This document shows positions 36,881-45,255 of a stretch of DNA of 63,637 bases, in pieces. Within the stretch, counting starts at the first letter, position 1. Each line of letters starts with the position of its first letter. The stretch covers positions 1-63,637 of the forward strand of contig JBBSGZ010000004.1 in assembly GCA_038253555.1 (NCBI GenBank), written 5' to 3'. The notes beneath the pieces were generated by a model. That model was given only the letters and a program-made list of their open reading frames with translations, made no database searches and was not told the origin of the DNA. The position numbers and the translations under genes are program-made. Source of the stretch: Thermoanaerobaculia bacterium. GTDB taxonomy: Bacteria; Acidobacteriota; Thermoanaerobaculia; UBA5066; Gp7-AA6.

Positions 36881-38422
36881 TCAGACCTCGATCGCGCCCG
36901 GAATGGCCGGGTCGAGCCCGGGGAACTTCCCAAGCCACTCGCGCCTTTCGCTCCGGAGCTTCCCGACGAGCGCCTTGTAGTCGGCGTCCGAGTAGCGCGT
37001 CGTCGGCGTGTAGTTCTCGAGGTTGATCCCCGGCACGTCAGTCGGTATCTCGTATCCCCAGTCCGGGTCCCGCTGCCAGGCGATGCCTTCCTTCGCGATC
37101 TGCTTCATGATCTCCGTCGAAATCCGGATACTGATCTTTTCCCCGGCCGAGGTGCCGTGCGCGCCGATCGAGCCGGTATTCAAAATGTACGCCTGCATGT
37201 CGGGGTTTTCCCGAAGGATCCGGAGCAGGCGGTTGCCCTCCTCGGCCTCCGGCCCGACGATGAAGGGATTCGTGCCGACTTCGCGCTTGGCCTGGCCGGC
37301 CTTCGTCGGATCGCCGGCGGACGTCTCGATCGACTCGCCGAGCATGAAATAGGCGGCGGCCTGCTCGGGCGTCAGCCGCGCGCAGACGGGGACGATGTCG
37401 TTGCGGCGGGTGATGAAGACGATCTTGTTTGCCCTGGGCAGGTCGATGCCGTCGCCCGTGCCGCGGATGTGCCTGCGGAGAACCACGCCCCGGCCGTTCG
37501 AGGTGAGCGACGTGTCGAGAAAGTCGACCTTGCCGGCGTCGTCGACCAGGATGTTCTCGTACGTCGCGCTCGCGTGTGTGGCGGCGCCCCAGAGGACCGT
37601 TTGCGAGGGCTCGAGCCCCTCCGTCTTGATGTAGAAGCCGTCTTCCGTCCCGAACGCTCGGCCTTCTTTCGTCAGAAGGACCACGTCGTCCTGCTTGATG
37701 ATGGCGGCTTCGGGCGGCTCGAGGCCGTGGTCGTGGAGGGTCAGCGTCGTCTTGCCCGTACCCGAAAGCCCGAACAGCAGGAACCCGACGTCCCGGAGCG
37801 CCCCGTCGGGGCCCGTCACCCGGAGGATCTTCGAGCCGGCGTGGAGGCCCAGCCCGCCCCGCCGCTTGATCCAGAACATCGCCTGGCGGAGCATCGACTT
37901 CTTCGCCTCGCCCGGATAGTCGCTTCCCAGGATGTACGTGTATCTCTGCTCGACGTCCGCGAAGATGAGCCGCTCGGGCCACTCGGGAACGTAAACGGAC
38001 ACGAAGTCGGGCTCCCACGTCGAGTCCGAAGGAAAGAGCATGTTGTGCCACATGTACGCGATGCGGGCGTAGTCGACCGGGACGAAGAGCCGGCAGCGCA
38101 GGGTGGCTTCGGGATGATCTCCCATGCGCCGGTCAACCTGAACGAGGTCCATGCCGAGGAGCGCCTCCTGGACACGCCGGACCGTCTCCTCGGCGCGCGC
38201 CCGGTCGATCGGCTGCTGCAGGACGCCGACCTCGACGCCGTCCTCGACGATGTAGGTGTTTTTCGCCGACCGGTTCTTGACGCGGGTCGAGTAAACCGGC
38301 GAGCCGTATTCAGTCGTCTTTTCCCCGGACCGGGCCAGGGAGCGGAGTTCTTCCCCCGGAAGGTCCTTGCGGATCGTCCGCGCGCGGATCGTCCGGGGGG
38401 AGACCATTTCGACAGTGCTCAT
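36881..38422 (-). CDS. pckA: phosphoenolpyruvate carboxykinase (ATP)
   Basis: The start is ATG 38422, preceded by GGAGGG. The kinase-1a P-loop is FGLSGTGKTTL. NTGSIG and a typical PckA C-terminus are present. The upstream 219 codons of track ORF 36881..39079 are not coding-like. Confidence 0.9.
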   Translation of the reverse strand: MSTVEMVSPRTIRARTIRKDLPGEELRSLARSGEKTTEYGSPVYSTRVKNRSAKNTYIVEDGVEVGVLQQPIDRARAEETVRRVQEALLGMDLVQVDRRMGDHPEATLRCRLFVPVDYARIAYMWHNMLFPSDSTWEPDFVSVYVPEWPERLIFADVEQRYTYILGSDYPGEAKKSMLRQAMFWIKRRGGLGLHAGSKILRVTGPDGALRDVGFLLFGLSGTGKTTLTLHDHGLEPPEAAIIKQDDVVLLTKEGRAFGTEDGFYIKTEGLEPSQTVLWGAATHASATYENILVDDAGKVDFLDTSLTSNGRGVVLRRHIRGTGDGIDLPRANKIVFITRRNDIVPVCARLTPEQAAAYFMLGESIETSAGDPTKAGQAKREVGTNPFIVGPEAEEGNRLLRILRENPDMQAYILNTGSIGAHGTSAGEKISIRISTEIMKQIAKEGIAWQRDPDWGYEIPTDVPGINLENYTPTTRYSDADYKALVGKLRSERREWLGKFPGLDPAIPGAIEV

Positions 38423-38516
38423 GTTTCCCTCCTGCGTTCGATTCCCCATCAGGGCCGCCCAGAATATCAAGGCGGAGGGCATTTTGTTCGTCGGGAAGAC
38501 ACTTTCCGCCGGGAAA

Positions 38517-38558
38517 GGCGAAGGGCGAAGGGCGAATGGCGAGAGGCGAAGGGCGAAA
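38517..38558. repeat. heptanucleotide microsatellite (GGCGAAG)x6, imperfect
   Basis: I read this directly: GGCGAAG GGCGAAG GGCGAAT GGCGAGA GGCGAAG GGCGAAA. It lies in the sortase-pckA intergenic region, about 95-136 nt upstream of the pckA ATG. Confidence 0.9.
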
Positions 38559-38586
38559 AGGGCCATCGGCGAGCTGCTCCAGGGCG

Positions 38587-39153
38587 TCACCCCCTTGCCC
38601 GGACCACGTAGCGCAGCCTTCCTCCGGGGGCGACCGCGTCGAAGGGGTAGCAGGTCACGAGCGTCAGGGTCCGCTGGGGCGTCGGCTCGAGGTCGGCCGT
38701 GGAGGCCCGATCGACGACCCGCGCGGCGGTGACCCGGTAGATCGTCGTTGTCCCCTCGGGACCCTCGACGCGTATCTCTTCGCCGGGGAGAAGCTGTCGG
38801 AGAAATCCGAACTGCGTGTCGCGGTGAGCGGAGAAAACGCAGTTTCCGATGCCGCCGGGGGCGGCGGTGCCGTCGAGATGACCGGGGCCGAACGCGAGGG
38901 TGCGGCCGGAGGCGCCGGCGAGAACGATGGCGTCGACTTGCGTCCCCGGGACGGTCAGACGCGCCACCGGCCACGTGTCGGCCCAGGGCCACGGCTTGAC
39001 CTCCCGCTCGCCGGCGAGGGTCCTCTTCCAGGCGCGGTGGAGAAGGCTCTGTGCCAGACGCGCCTTCAGATAGATCCACCCGCCCTGTGAGAGCAGGACG
39101 ACGCCCGCGATCGCGATCGCCGCCGAGAGGGAGCGCAGGCGCCGCGGTGTCAT
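38587..39153 (-). CDS. class GN sortase (dedicated sortase of Gram-negative type)
   Basis: The start is the ATG at residue 175 of track ORF 38587..39675. It has an N-terminal TM anchor, the catalytic His (FSAHRD), the TLxTC motif (TLVTCYPF) and the Arg (LRYVVRA). Its start overlaps the target gene stop (ATGA). Confidence 0.85.
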   Translation of the reverse strand: MTPRRLRSLSAAIAIAGVVLLSQGGWIYLKARLAQSLLHRAWKRTLAGEREVKPWPWADTWPVARLTVPGTQVDAIVLAGASGRTLAFGPGHLDGTAAPGGIGNCVFSAHRDTQFGFLRQLLPGEEIRVEGPEGTTTIYRVTAARVVDRASTADLEPTPQRTLTLVTCYPFDAVAPGGRLRYVVRARG

Positions 39154-40580
39154 CGCAGACCTCCCGCCGTCCGGAGGAGGAAGGAACCGGCCAGGAGCGC
39201 GAGGCCGAGCAGCAGGAGGAGGGGGCCCGGCGTCGCCGTCGAAGGCATTTCGCCGAATACGTGCTCCGCGCTCCAGCCGTCGGGCAGCTGCACGGGAAGG
39301 GGGCGCGACTCGCAGGCCGTGCCGCGACCGATCGTGGGCGTCACGTCCACCGCGACCAGGCTCGTGAAGCTCGAGACGAGATGATGGGCGAGCGCGACTT
39401 CGACGACCGCGCGCCGGACATTTGCGGCGTCCGCTCCCGCCGTCGCGGAATCCATGAGCGACGCGATCTTCGAACGCGCCCAGAGGCGGGCCACACCCGA
39501 GTCGTCCCGCGACGCCGCGAGGACGAGCCGATGCGACCAGGGCTGTCCGCCTCGTTCTCCCGTGACAGCCACGCCGGAGGAGGAACGAGAAAGCCGCGCC
39601 GAGACGACGAGAGGTTCGCCGGCGTAGAGGTCTGGGACCTTCGACGGCCACGCCTCCGCACTGGCGTCGTCCCACCGCACCTCGACGTTCGTCAGAACGG
39701 GAGCTTCCAGCTTGCGGAACAGGGCGGTCATCTTCGGCTGCACGTCGGCCGGGCTGGCGACGTAGGTGAACGTGCCCCGGCCGAAGAGCGCCGCGCGCGT
39801 CATGAAGTGCGAATTGGGGGCGGAGCCGAGCCCGACCGTGAACAGGCGGCTTTTCCCGAGATGCGCCTGGATGAAGGCGAAAAGCTCCTCCTCGTTGCCG
39901 ACGGCGCCATCCGTCATGAAGAGGACCTGGCGGACGGCGTCCTGGTCACCCGAGCTTTCGAGAGCGGCCGCCAGAGCCGGAAGCATCTCCGTACCGCCCT
40001 CCGCCCGGAGCCTGCCGACCCATCGCCGGGCGTCGTCCACGGCGGCGGGCAGCGCGCGGCGGCTTTCTGCGAAGAGGCGGCGTGTGACGCTGTTGAACTC
40101 GATCATATTGAAGCGGTCCTCCGGCCCGAGCCTCGAGAGCGCCAGCGCGAGCGCCGCCTTCGCCCCGTCGATCGACGTGCCGTGCATCGACCCGGACGTG
40201 TCGATCACGAACACCGTCTCGCGGGGGAGCCGGGTCCCGGCGTCCGTCACGGCGTCCGGCGGGATCACCAGGAGGAGCGCGTAGAGCTCGCCTCCCAGGT
40301 TCTGGGTGAAGACAGCGGCGGTCGGCTCGTGCCCGGGGTCGGGCTCCCAGGTGAGCTCGAAGTCGCGATCCGCGGAGACCGTGCGGTCCGCGAGGGTCAC
40401 GAGAGTCTGATTGCCCTGCCCGGCCTCGGTGCGCAGCGCGTGCGTGCCGCTCGCGACGCGGCGCAGAGGAAACCCGGGGTCGAGGTTGATCTTCAGGTGC
40501 ACGGAATTCGTGAAGCCGGCGGCCGGGTCGGCGACGGGCGGCGTGATCCGCGGCGCGTCTTTCACGCGGTCCGTGTTCAC
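39150..40580 (-). CDS. dedicated-sortase target protein, C-terminal part (VWA domain plus sorting signal), split from the VIT part by a frameshift
   Basis: The MIDAS motif is VFVIDTSGSM. The C-terminus is MPSTATPG, then a hydrophobic stretch, then a basic tail (RTAGGLR). The frame stays open and family-like upstream of GTG 40580 (GWSVNTDRVKDAPRITPPV). Confidence 0.8.
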   Translation of the reverse strand: MNTDRVKDAPRITPPVADPAAGFTNSVHLKINLDPGFPLRRVASGTHALRTEAGQGNQTLVTLADRTVSADRDFELTWEPDPGHEPTAAVFTQNLGGELYALLLVIPPDAVTDAGTRLPRETVFVIDTSGSMHGTSIDGAKAALALALSRLGPEDRFNMIEFNSVTRRLFAESRRALPAAVDDARRWVGRLRAEGGTEMLPALAAALESSGDQDAVRQVLFMTDGAVGNEEELFAFIQAHLGKSRLFTVGLGSAPNSHFMTRAALFGRGTFTYVASPADVQPKMTALFRKLEAPVLTNVEVRWDDASAEAWPSKVPDLYAGEPLVVSARLSRSSSGVAVTGERGGQPWSHRLVLAASRDDSGVARLWARSKIASLMDSATAGADAANVRRAVVEVALAHHLVSSFTSLVAVDVTPTIGRGTACESRPLPVQLPDGWSAEHVFGEMPSTATPGPLLLLLGLALLAGSFLLRTAGGLR

Positions 40581-41230
40581 GCTCCAACCCGATCCTCCGC
40601 CCGCGGCCGTCGCGCCGTCCGACGCTTCCGCAACTCGGCCGGCCTCGCGCCCGGGATGTACCGCGGCGCCACCACCAGGGGAAACCGGAGGCGGAAGCTT
40701 CCTCCTTCGAACCGCAGAGCTTCCTGGTACTCGATGACGACCTTAACCTCTTCGTCGGGCCCGATGCTGGCCACCGAGGTGGTGAAGACGTTCGGACGCT
40801 CCTGTTCGACCAGAGATGCCTTGCGGCCCTCCGACTTCGCCTGCTCGTAGACTTTCCTGGCCTCCTCCCTTTCCCGGATCTCACCCTCGATGACCCGGTC
40901 TCCGACCGCGAGGCGCATCGCATCGACCGCGGAGCTCTCCGGAAGGGGGAAGACGTACATGCCTTCGACACAGCTCCCGGTGCCGTTTCGGAAACGCTGC
41001 GAGACCGTCGTCCGGGCGGTCATCCCCGTGACGCGGATCGAAACGTCCGTGTCGAGAAGGGGCGCCGGCAGATACAGGCCGGGGCTGGCTATTTTGAAGA
41101 GGAGCGCTCCCGCTCGGACCTCCTCGAGCCGGACGGGCGCCGGCTGCCCCCCCGCGGACCGGCACAGAAGGACGAAGACGATCGACGCGGCGGCGCGGCG
41201 AACACGGGGACCGGAATTCGCGAGTGCCAT
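40577..41230 (-). CDS. dedicated-sortase target protein, N-terminal part (signal peptide plus VIT domain), split by a frameshift
   Basis: The start is ATG 41230, preceded by GGGAGG. VIT blocks are present (MYVFPLPESSAVDAMRL, IEGEIREREEARKVYEQAK, ASLVEQERPNVFTTSVA, RFPLVVAPRYIPG). After PRYIPG the tail becomes Arg-rich nonsense until the stop at 40577. Confidence 0.8.
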   Translation of the reverse strand: MALANSGPRVRRAAASIVFVLLCRSAGGQPAPVRLEEVRAGALLFKIASPGLYLPAPLLDTDVSIRVTGMTARTTVSQRFRNGTGSCVEGMYVFPLPESSAVDAMRLAVGDRVIEGEIREREEARKVYEQAKSEGRKASLVEQERPNVFTTSVASIGPDEEVKVVIEYQEALRFEGGSFRLRFPLVVAPRYIPGARPAELRKRRTARRPRAEDRVGA

Positions 41231-41361
41231 GAGACACCTCCCTTGTGTCTGCAAGGAGACCTCGCGGGCAAGTCCCCGCCATGCCGTCACCGGGGGAATT
41301 TCGGCGGAAGAGTGTGGCGAAACCGTGGCGCGGCTTCCGCGCCCGCCCAAAGCGGGCCAGA

Positions 41362-42084
41362 ATGCGGGTTGTGAAATCCGCCAAGCCCGAAACGGTGGCG
41401 GTCGTGGACGACGAGCCTACGATCCGGGAGACCGTGACCTTCGCCTTGAAACGCGAAGGCTACCGGGTGCGCGCTTTCGGCGACGGGCGCGAGGCCTGGG
41501 AGTCGCTGCAGCAGGAGCTGCCGGGGCTCGCGATTCTCGACATCGTCCTGCCGCGGATGGATGGCCTGGAGCTTTGCCGGAAGCTGCGCGCGCGCTCCGA
41601 GGCGCTGCCCATCATTTTCTTGAGCTCCCGCGACGAAGAGCTCGATCGCGTGCTCGGGCTGGAGCTTGGCGCCGACGACTACCTGTGCAAGCCGTTTTCG
41701 ATGCGGGAGCTCGTCGCCCGCGTGAAAGTGCTGTTTCGCCGCGCGGCGCTCGTCCGCTCCGGTCCTTCCGCGGAGCCCGAGAAACTCCTGAGGGCAGGAC
41801 CGCTCGAGCTCGACCTCGACCGCTACACGGCGCGGTGGAACGGCGCTCTCGTTTCTCTGACCGTCACCGAGTTTCTTCTGCTCCAGTCGCTCGCCCGGCA
41901 CCCGGGCCACGTGAAGACGCGGCGCCAGCTCATGGAGGACGCCTACCCGCACGACGCGTTCGTCAGCGAGCGCACGATCGACAGCCACATCAAGCGGCTG
42001 CGGCGGAAGCTTCTGGAGACCGAACCTTCTTTCTCCGGGATCGAAACCGTCCACGGACTCGGGTATCGGTACGAAGGTGGCTGA
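41362..42084 (+). CDS. OmpR-family response regulator (dedicated sortase system-type)
   Basis: The start is ATG 41362, residue 40 of the track ORF. The receiver motifs are VAVVDDEPTIRE and LDIVLPRMDG. The C-terminal winged helix is VHGLGYRYE. It is divergent from the sortase target gene. Confidence 0.9.
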   Translation: MRVVKSAKPETVAVVDDEPTIRETVTFALKREGYRVRAFGDGREAWESLQQELPGLAILDIVLPRMDGLELCRKLRARSEALPIIFLSSRDEELDRVLGLELGADDYLCKPFSMRELVARVKVLFRRAALVRSGPSAEPEKLLRAGPLELDLDRYTARWNGALVSLTVTEFLLLQSLARHPGHVKTRRQLMEDAYPHDAFVSERTIDSHIKRLRRKLLETEPSFSGIETVHGLGYRYEGG

Positions 42085-43696
42085 GGAGGGCGGGCCCGCG
42101 GCGTTGCCCGGGCGCAGACGGCGCGGGGGGCTCTCCACCCGGCTCCTCGCCTTCAACCTCCTGCTCGTTTTCATCCCCGCGGCGGGGCTGCTGTACCTGG
42201 GGACGTACGAGAAGCAGCTTCTCGAGGCACAGGAGCGCTCGATGGTGCAGGAAGGGCGGGTCCTCGCGGCCGCGCTGTCCGAGCCGGGGGCGCTCGCCGG
42301 CGAAGAAGCGCCGCGCGTGTTAGCGCGCCTGAACCGGAGGCTGGAGTCGAGGATCCGGGTGGTGGACGCGCAGGGGAAAATCCTCGCCGACACGAGCCGG
42401 CTCGGCCCGCGCCGCGAAAAACCGGCGGAGGAGGGGCGGGAGGCCAGGGGGCGCGACCGGCTGCTCTACCGCGTGGGAGCGGTTTTCTATTCGCTCTACC
42501 ATCGCCTGCTGCCTCCCGGGGAGCCGCCCCTGGAAGCGCGGGAACCCTCGCCCCGCGACGGCCTGCTGCGAGGCCGCGAGGTCGAGGCCGCGCTGTCGGG
42601 CCGTTACGGCAGGGCCGTCCGTCCCTCCCCGGCGGGTCAGCGCTCGGTCACCCTTTCGATCGCGATCCCGATCGAGGGAGTAGGGGCCGTTCCGGCCGGC
42701 GCGGTCGTCGTCTCATCCTCGACGTGGCGCATCCTCCAGGACCTCTACGCGATCCGCCTCGGCATCTTCCAGGTGTGCCTCGGGTCGGTGGCCCTCGCCG
42801 GGGGCCTGAGCCTTCTCGTCTCGAAGACGATTGCCCGGCCCGTTCAGGAGCTGCGGGACGATGCCGCCGCCATTCTGGACCGGCGCGGCCGGCTGCAGGG
42901 GAACTTCCGGCGGTCGCAGAGGAAGGACGAGATCGGAGAGCTGTCGCGGGCGCTGCATGACCTGACGGCGCGTCTTGAGGGGTATCAAAGCTTCCTGGAG
43001 TCCTTCGCCGCGGAGATCTCGCACGAGTTCCGGAACCCCCTCGCGTCGATACGGATCGCCGCGGAGATGGCCGGAGATTCGGAGAAGGAGGAGGACCGGC
43101 GGAGATTTCTCGAGATCACGCAGCGGGAGGTACAGCGGATGGAGCGCCTCCTGTCCGATCTGCGCGAAATGACGCGCGTGGACGCGCGGCTCGAGTCCGA
43201 AGAGCAGGGGTCCCTGTCGTTAAACGCATTGCTGGAGCGCGTGTGCGAGGGGTACCGCCTGCGCGGAAGCCCGGTGGTGTTTCTGTTCGAACCGCCGGGT
43301 GAGACGATCACCGTGCGGGCTTCGGGAGAGCGGATGGCGCAGGTTTTCGAAAACCTCCTGGACAACGCGGCGAGCTTCTCGCCCGACGGCTCCGCGGTCC
43401 GGTTGCGTCTCGATCGCGAGGAGGGGGCCGCGTGCGTGCGCATCGCTGACCAGGGCCCCGGCATTCCGACCGAGCACCTGCCGCGCATTTTCGAGAGATT
43501 CTTCTCCTGGCGGCCGGACCAGCCCGAGGCGGCGGACCGTCACACGGGCTTGGGCCTCGCCATCGTGCGGACCATCGTCGAGGGATATGGGGGCGCCGTT
43601 TTCGCCGCGAACAACCCCGAGGGAGGAGCGACATTCACCGTGCGGATGCCCGCCTCGCGGACCGGGGTCTTCGCCAAAATAGCGCCCCGCCCCTGA
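42077..43696 (+). CDS. sensor histidine kinase (dedicated sortase system-type)
   Basis: The GTG start overlaps the response regulator end. It has two TM helices flanking a periplasmic loop and a HAMP domain. The H-box is SHEFRNPLASI. The N, G1 and G2 boxes are NLLDNA, DQGPGIP and GLGLAIV. Confidence 0.9.
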   Translation: MAEEGGPAALPGRRRRGGLSTRLLAFNLLLVFIPAAGLLYLGTYEKQLLEAQERSMVQEGRVLAAALSEPGALAGEEAPRVLARLNRRLESRIRVVDAQGKILADTSRLGPRREKPAEEGREARGRDRLLYRVGAVFYSLYHRLLPPGEPPLEAREPSPRDGLLRGREVEAALSGRYGRAVRPSPAGQRSVTLSIAIPIEGVGAVPAGAVVVSSSTWRILQDLYAIRLGIFQVCLGSVALAGGLSLLVSKTIARPVQELRDDAAAILDRRGRLQGNFRRSQRKDEIGELSRALHDLTARLEGYQSFLESFAAEISHEFRNPLASIRIAAEMAGDSEKEEDRRRFLEITQREVQRMERLLSDLREMTRVDARLESEEQGSLSLNALLERVCEGYRLRGSPVVFLFEPPGETITVRASGERMAQVFENLLDNAASFSPDGSAVRLRLDREEGAACVRIADQGPGIPTEHLPRIFERFFSWRPDQPEAADRHTGLGLAIVRTIVEGYGGAVFAANNPEGGATFTVRMPASRTGVFAKIAPRP

Positions 43697-43720
43697 CGTC
43701 GACCACGGCGGCGTCCGTTC

Positions 43721-43738
43721 TGCACAACAGAGTGTGCA
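43721..43738 (+). promoter_or_regulatory. palindromic candidate operator TGCACA-N6-TGTGCA upstream of glnA (NtrC-site-like)
   Basis: The 6-nt arms are a perfect inverted repeat. It lies about 40 nt upstream of the putative -35. It resembles the enterobacterial NtrC half-sites TGCAC...GTGCA, but the spacing differs by 1 nt. Confidence 0.3.
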
Positions 43739-43776
43739 CGGGGGCCAGATTTTAAAGCTATTTCGCCGAGATTGCC

Positions 43777-43804
43777 TTGACTTTGTGCAAACTGACCATA
43801 AAAT
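43777..43804 (+). promoter_or_regulatory. sigma-70-like promoter of glnA (TTGACT-N16-TAAAAT)
   Basis: I read this in the AT-rich stretch preceding glnA. A GGAGG Shine-Dalgarno sequence at 43827-43831 lies 4 nt before ATG 43836. Confidence 0.4.
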
Positions 43805-43835
43805 CGTGTCACTTTTGCAGAAAATGGAGGACGGA

Positions 43836-45209
43836 ATGCCGAAGGCTAAGATCCTGAAATTTGATCCGGCCGGGCCCGGGCTCGGAAAGAACGAGATCCT
43901 GCGAGTTTGTGACGCGGAGAACGTCCGTTTCCTGAGGCTGCAGTTCACCGACATCCTGGGAGTGATCAAGAACGTCGAGATCCCCCGGTCGCAATTCGCG
44001 AAGGCTCTGGACGGGGAGATCCAGTTCGATGGCTCCTCGATCGAAGGCTTCACGCGGATTGAAGAGTCCGACATGAACCTGGTGCCGGACCTGAACTCCT
44101 TCGCGATTTACCCGTGGGCGCACCGCGGAGGCGAGAAGGTCGGGCGGCTGATCTGCGACGTCTATACCCCGGATGGAATCCCTTTCATCGGTTGTCCCCG
44201 CACGACGTTGAAGCGGCAGATGGACAAGGCATCGGCGCTCGGCTACACGCTCGTGACCGGCCCCGAGGCCGAATTCTTCCTTTTCCGGCGCGACGCAAAC
44301 GGGGATCCGATCGTCGACACGCACGATCAGGGCGCCTATTTTGATCTGACGCCTGTGGATCGCGGCGAAGAGGCGCGGCGCGACGTCGTCCTCGCGCTGG
44401 AGCAGATGGGTTTCGAGGTGGAGGCAGCGCACCATGAGGTCGCTCCCGGGCAGCACGAGATCGACTTCAAATACGCAGACGCCGTCACGACCGCGGATCG
44501 CGTCTCGACTTTCCGGTTCGTCGTCAAGAAAGTCGCGCTCGACCACGGCCTGCACGCGACCTTCATGCCGAAGCCGATCTTCGGCGTGAACGGGTCCGGC
44601 ATGCACGTCCATCAGTCGTTCCTGGACAAGAAAGGCAACAACGTCTTCTTCGACGCGAAGGCGAAGTACCAGCTCTCGAAGACCGCGTTGAATTACACGG
44701 GCGGGATCCTGCGCCACGCGCGCTCGTTCGTCGCGGTGACGAACCCCCTCGTCAACTCGTACAAGCGCCTGGTGCCGGGCTACGAGGCGCCGGTCAACGT
44801 CGCCTGGTCGATGCGAAACCGGTCGCCTCTCGTGCGCGTCCCGGCGCGGCGCGGCATGGGGACCCGGATCGAAGTCCGGATGCCGGATCCGTCCTGCAAC
44901 CCCTACCTCGCCTTTGCCGTGATGCTCGCGTCGGGGCTCGACGGCGTGAAGAACCGGATGGATCCGGGCGAGCCGGTGGACAAGAACGTCTTCAAGATGA
45001 GCGAGCGCGAAAAGCGGCGTCTTCGGATCGACCAGCTCCCCGGCAATCTTTCCGAGGCTCTCGATAACCTCGAGAAGGACGACGTGGTCACGGGTGCGCT
45101 CGGAGAGCACATCCTCACGCACTTCCTCGAGGCCAAGCGGGGCGAGTGGGCGGAGTACATTTCTCGGGTGCAGCCGTGGGAGATCGAGAAATACCTCGAT
45201 ATGTACTGA
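43836..45209 (+). CDS. glnA: glutamine synthetase, type I
   Basis: The start is ATG 43836, residue 35 of the track ORF. Conserved blocks are FDGSSIEGF, FMPKP, GSGMHVHQS and NPYLAFAVML. Confidence 0.95.
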   Translation: MPKAKILKFDPAGPGLGKNEILRVCDAENVRFLRLQFTDILGVIKNVEIPRSQFAKALDGEIQFDGSSIEGFTRIEESDMNLVPDLNSFAIYPWAHRGGEKVGRLICDVYTPDGIPFIGCPRTTLKRQMDKASALGYTLVTGPEAEFFLFRRDANGDPIVDTHDQGAYFDLTPVDRGEEARRDVVLALEQMGFEVEAAHHEVAPGQHEIDFKYADAVTTADRVSTFRFVVKKVALDHGLHATFMPKPIFGVNGSGMHVHQSFLDKKGNNVFFDAKAKYQLSKTALNYTGGILRHARSFVAVTNPLVNSYKRLVPGYEAPVNVAWSMRNRSPLVRVPARRGMGTRIEVRMPDPSCNPYLAFAVMLASGLDGVKNRMDPGEPVDKNVFKMSEREKRRLRIDQLPGNLSEALDNLEKDDVVTGALGEHILTHFLEAKRGEWAEYISRVQPWEIEKYLDMY

Positions 45210-45230
45210 AGTCAGATTTACCGTAGTGAG

Positions 45231-45255
45231 AAGGCCGGAGCACCCCTCCGGCCTT
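45231..45255 (+). terminator. hairpin downstream of glnA (AAGGCCGGAG-CACCC-CTCCGGCCTT)
   Basis: The stem is a perfect 10 bp with a 5-nt loop and starts 22 nt after the glnA stop. There is no clear U-tract. Confidence 0.5.

Noticed and set aside
39115-39155. When I hand-translated the printed sequence, the sortase frame appeared to need one base fewer near 39121. The printed tcat stop/start overlap also appeared one position to the right of the ORF-track coordinates (39150-39153).
   Set aside because: The ORF track shows a continuous sortase ORF (…LSAAIAIAG…), and its coordinates agree with my reading on both sides (38587 and 40580). This is most likely my own counting or reading error, so I used the track coordinates and do not claim a frameshift here.
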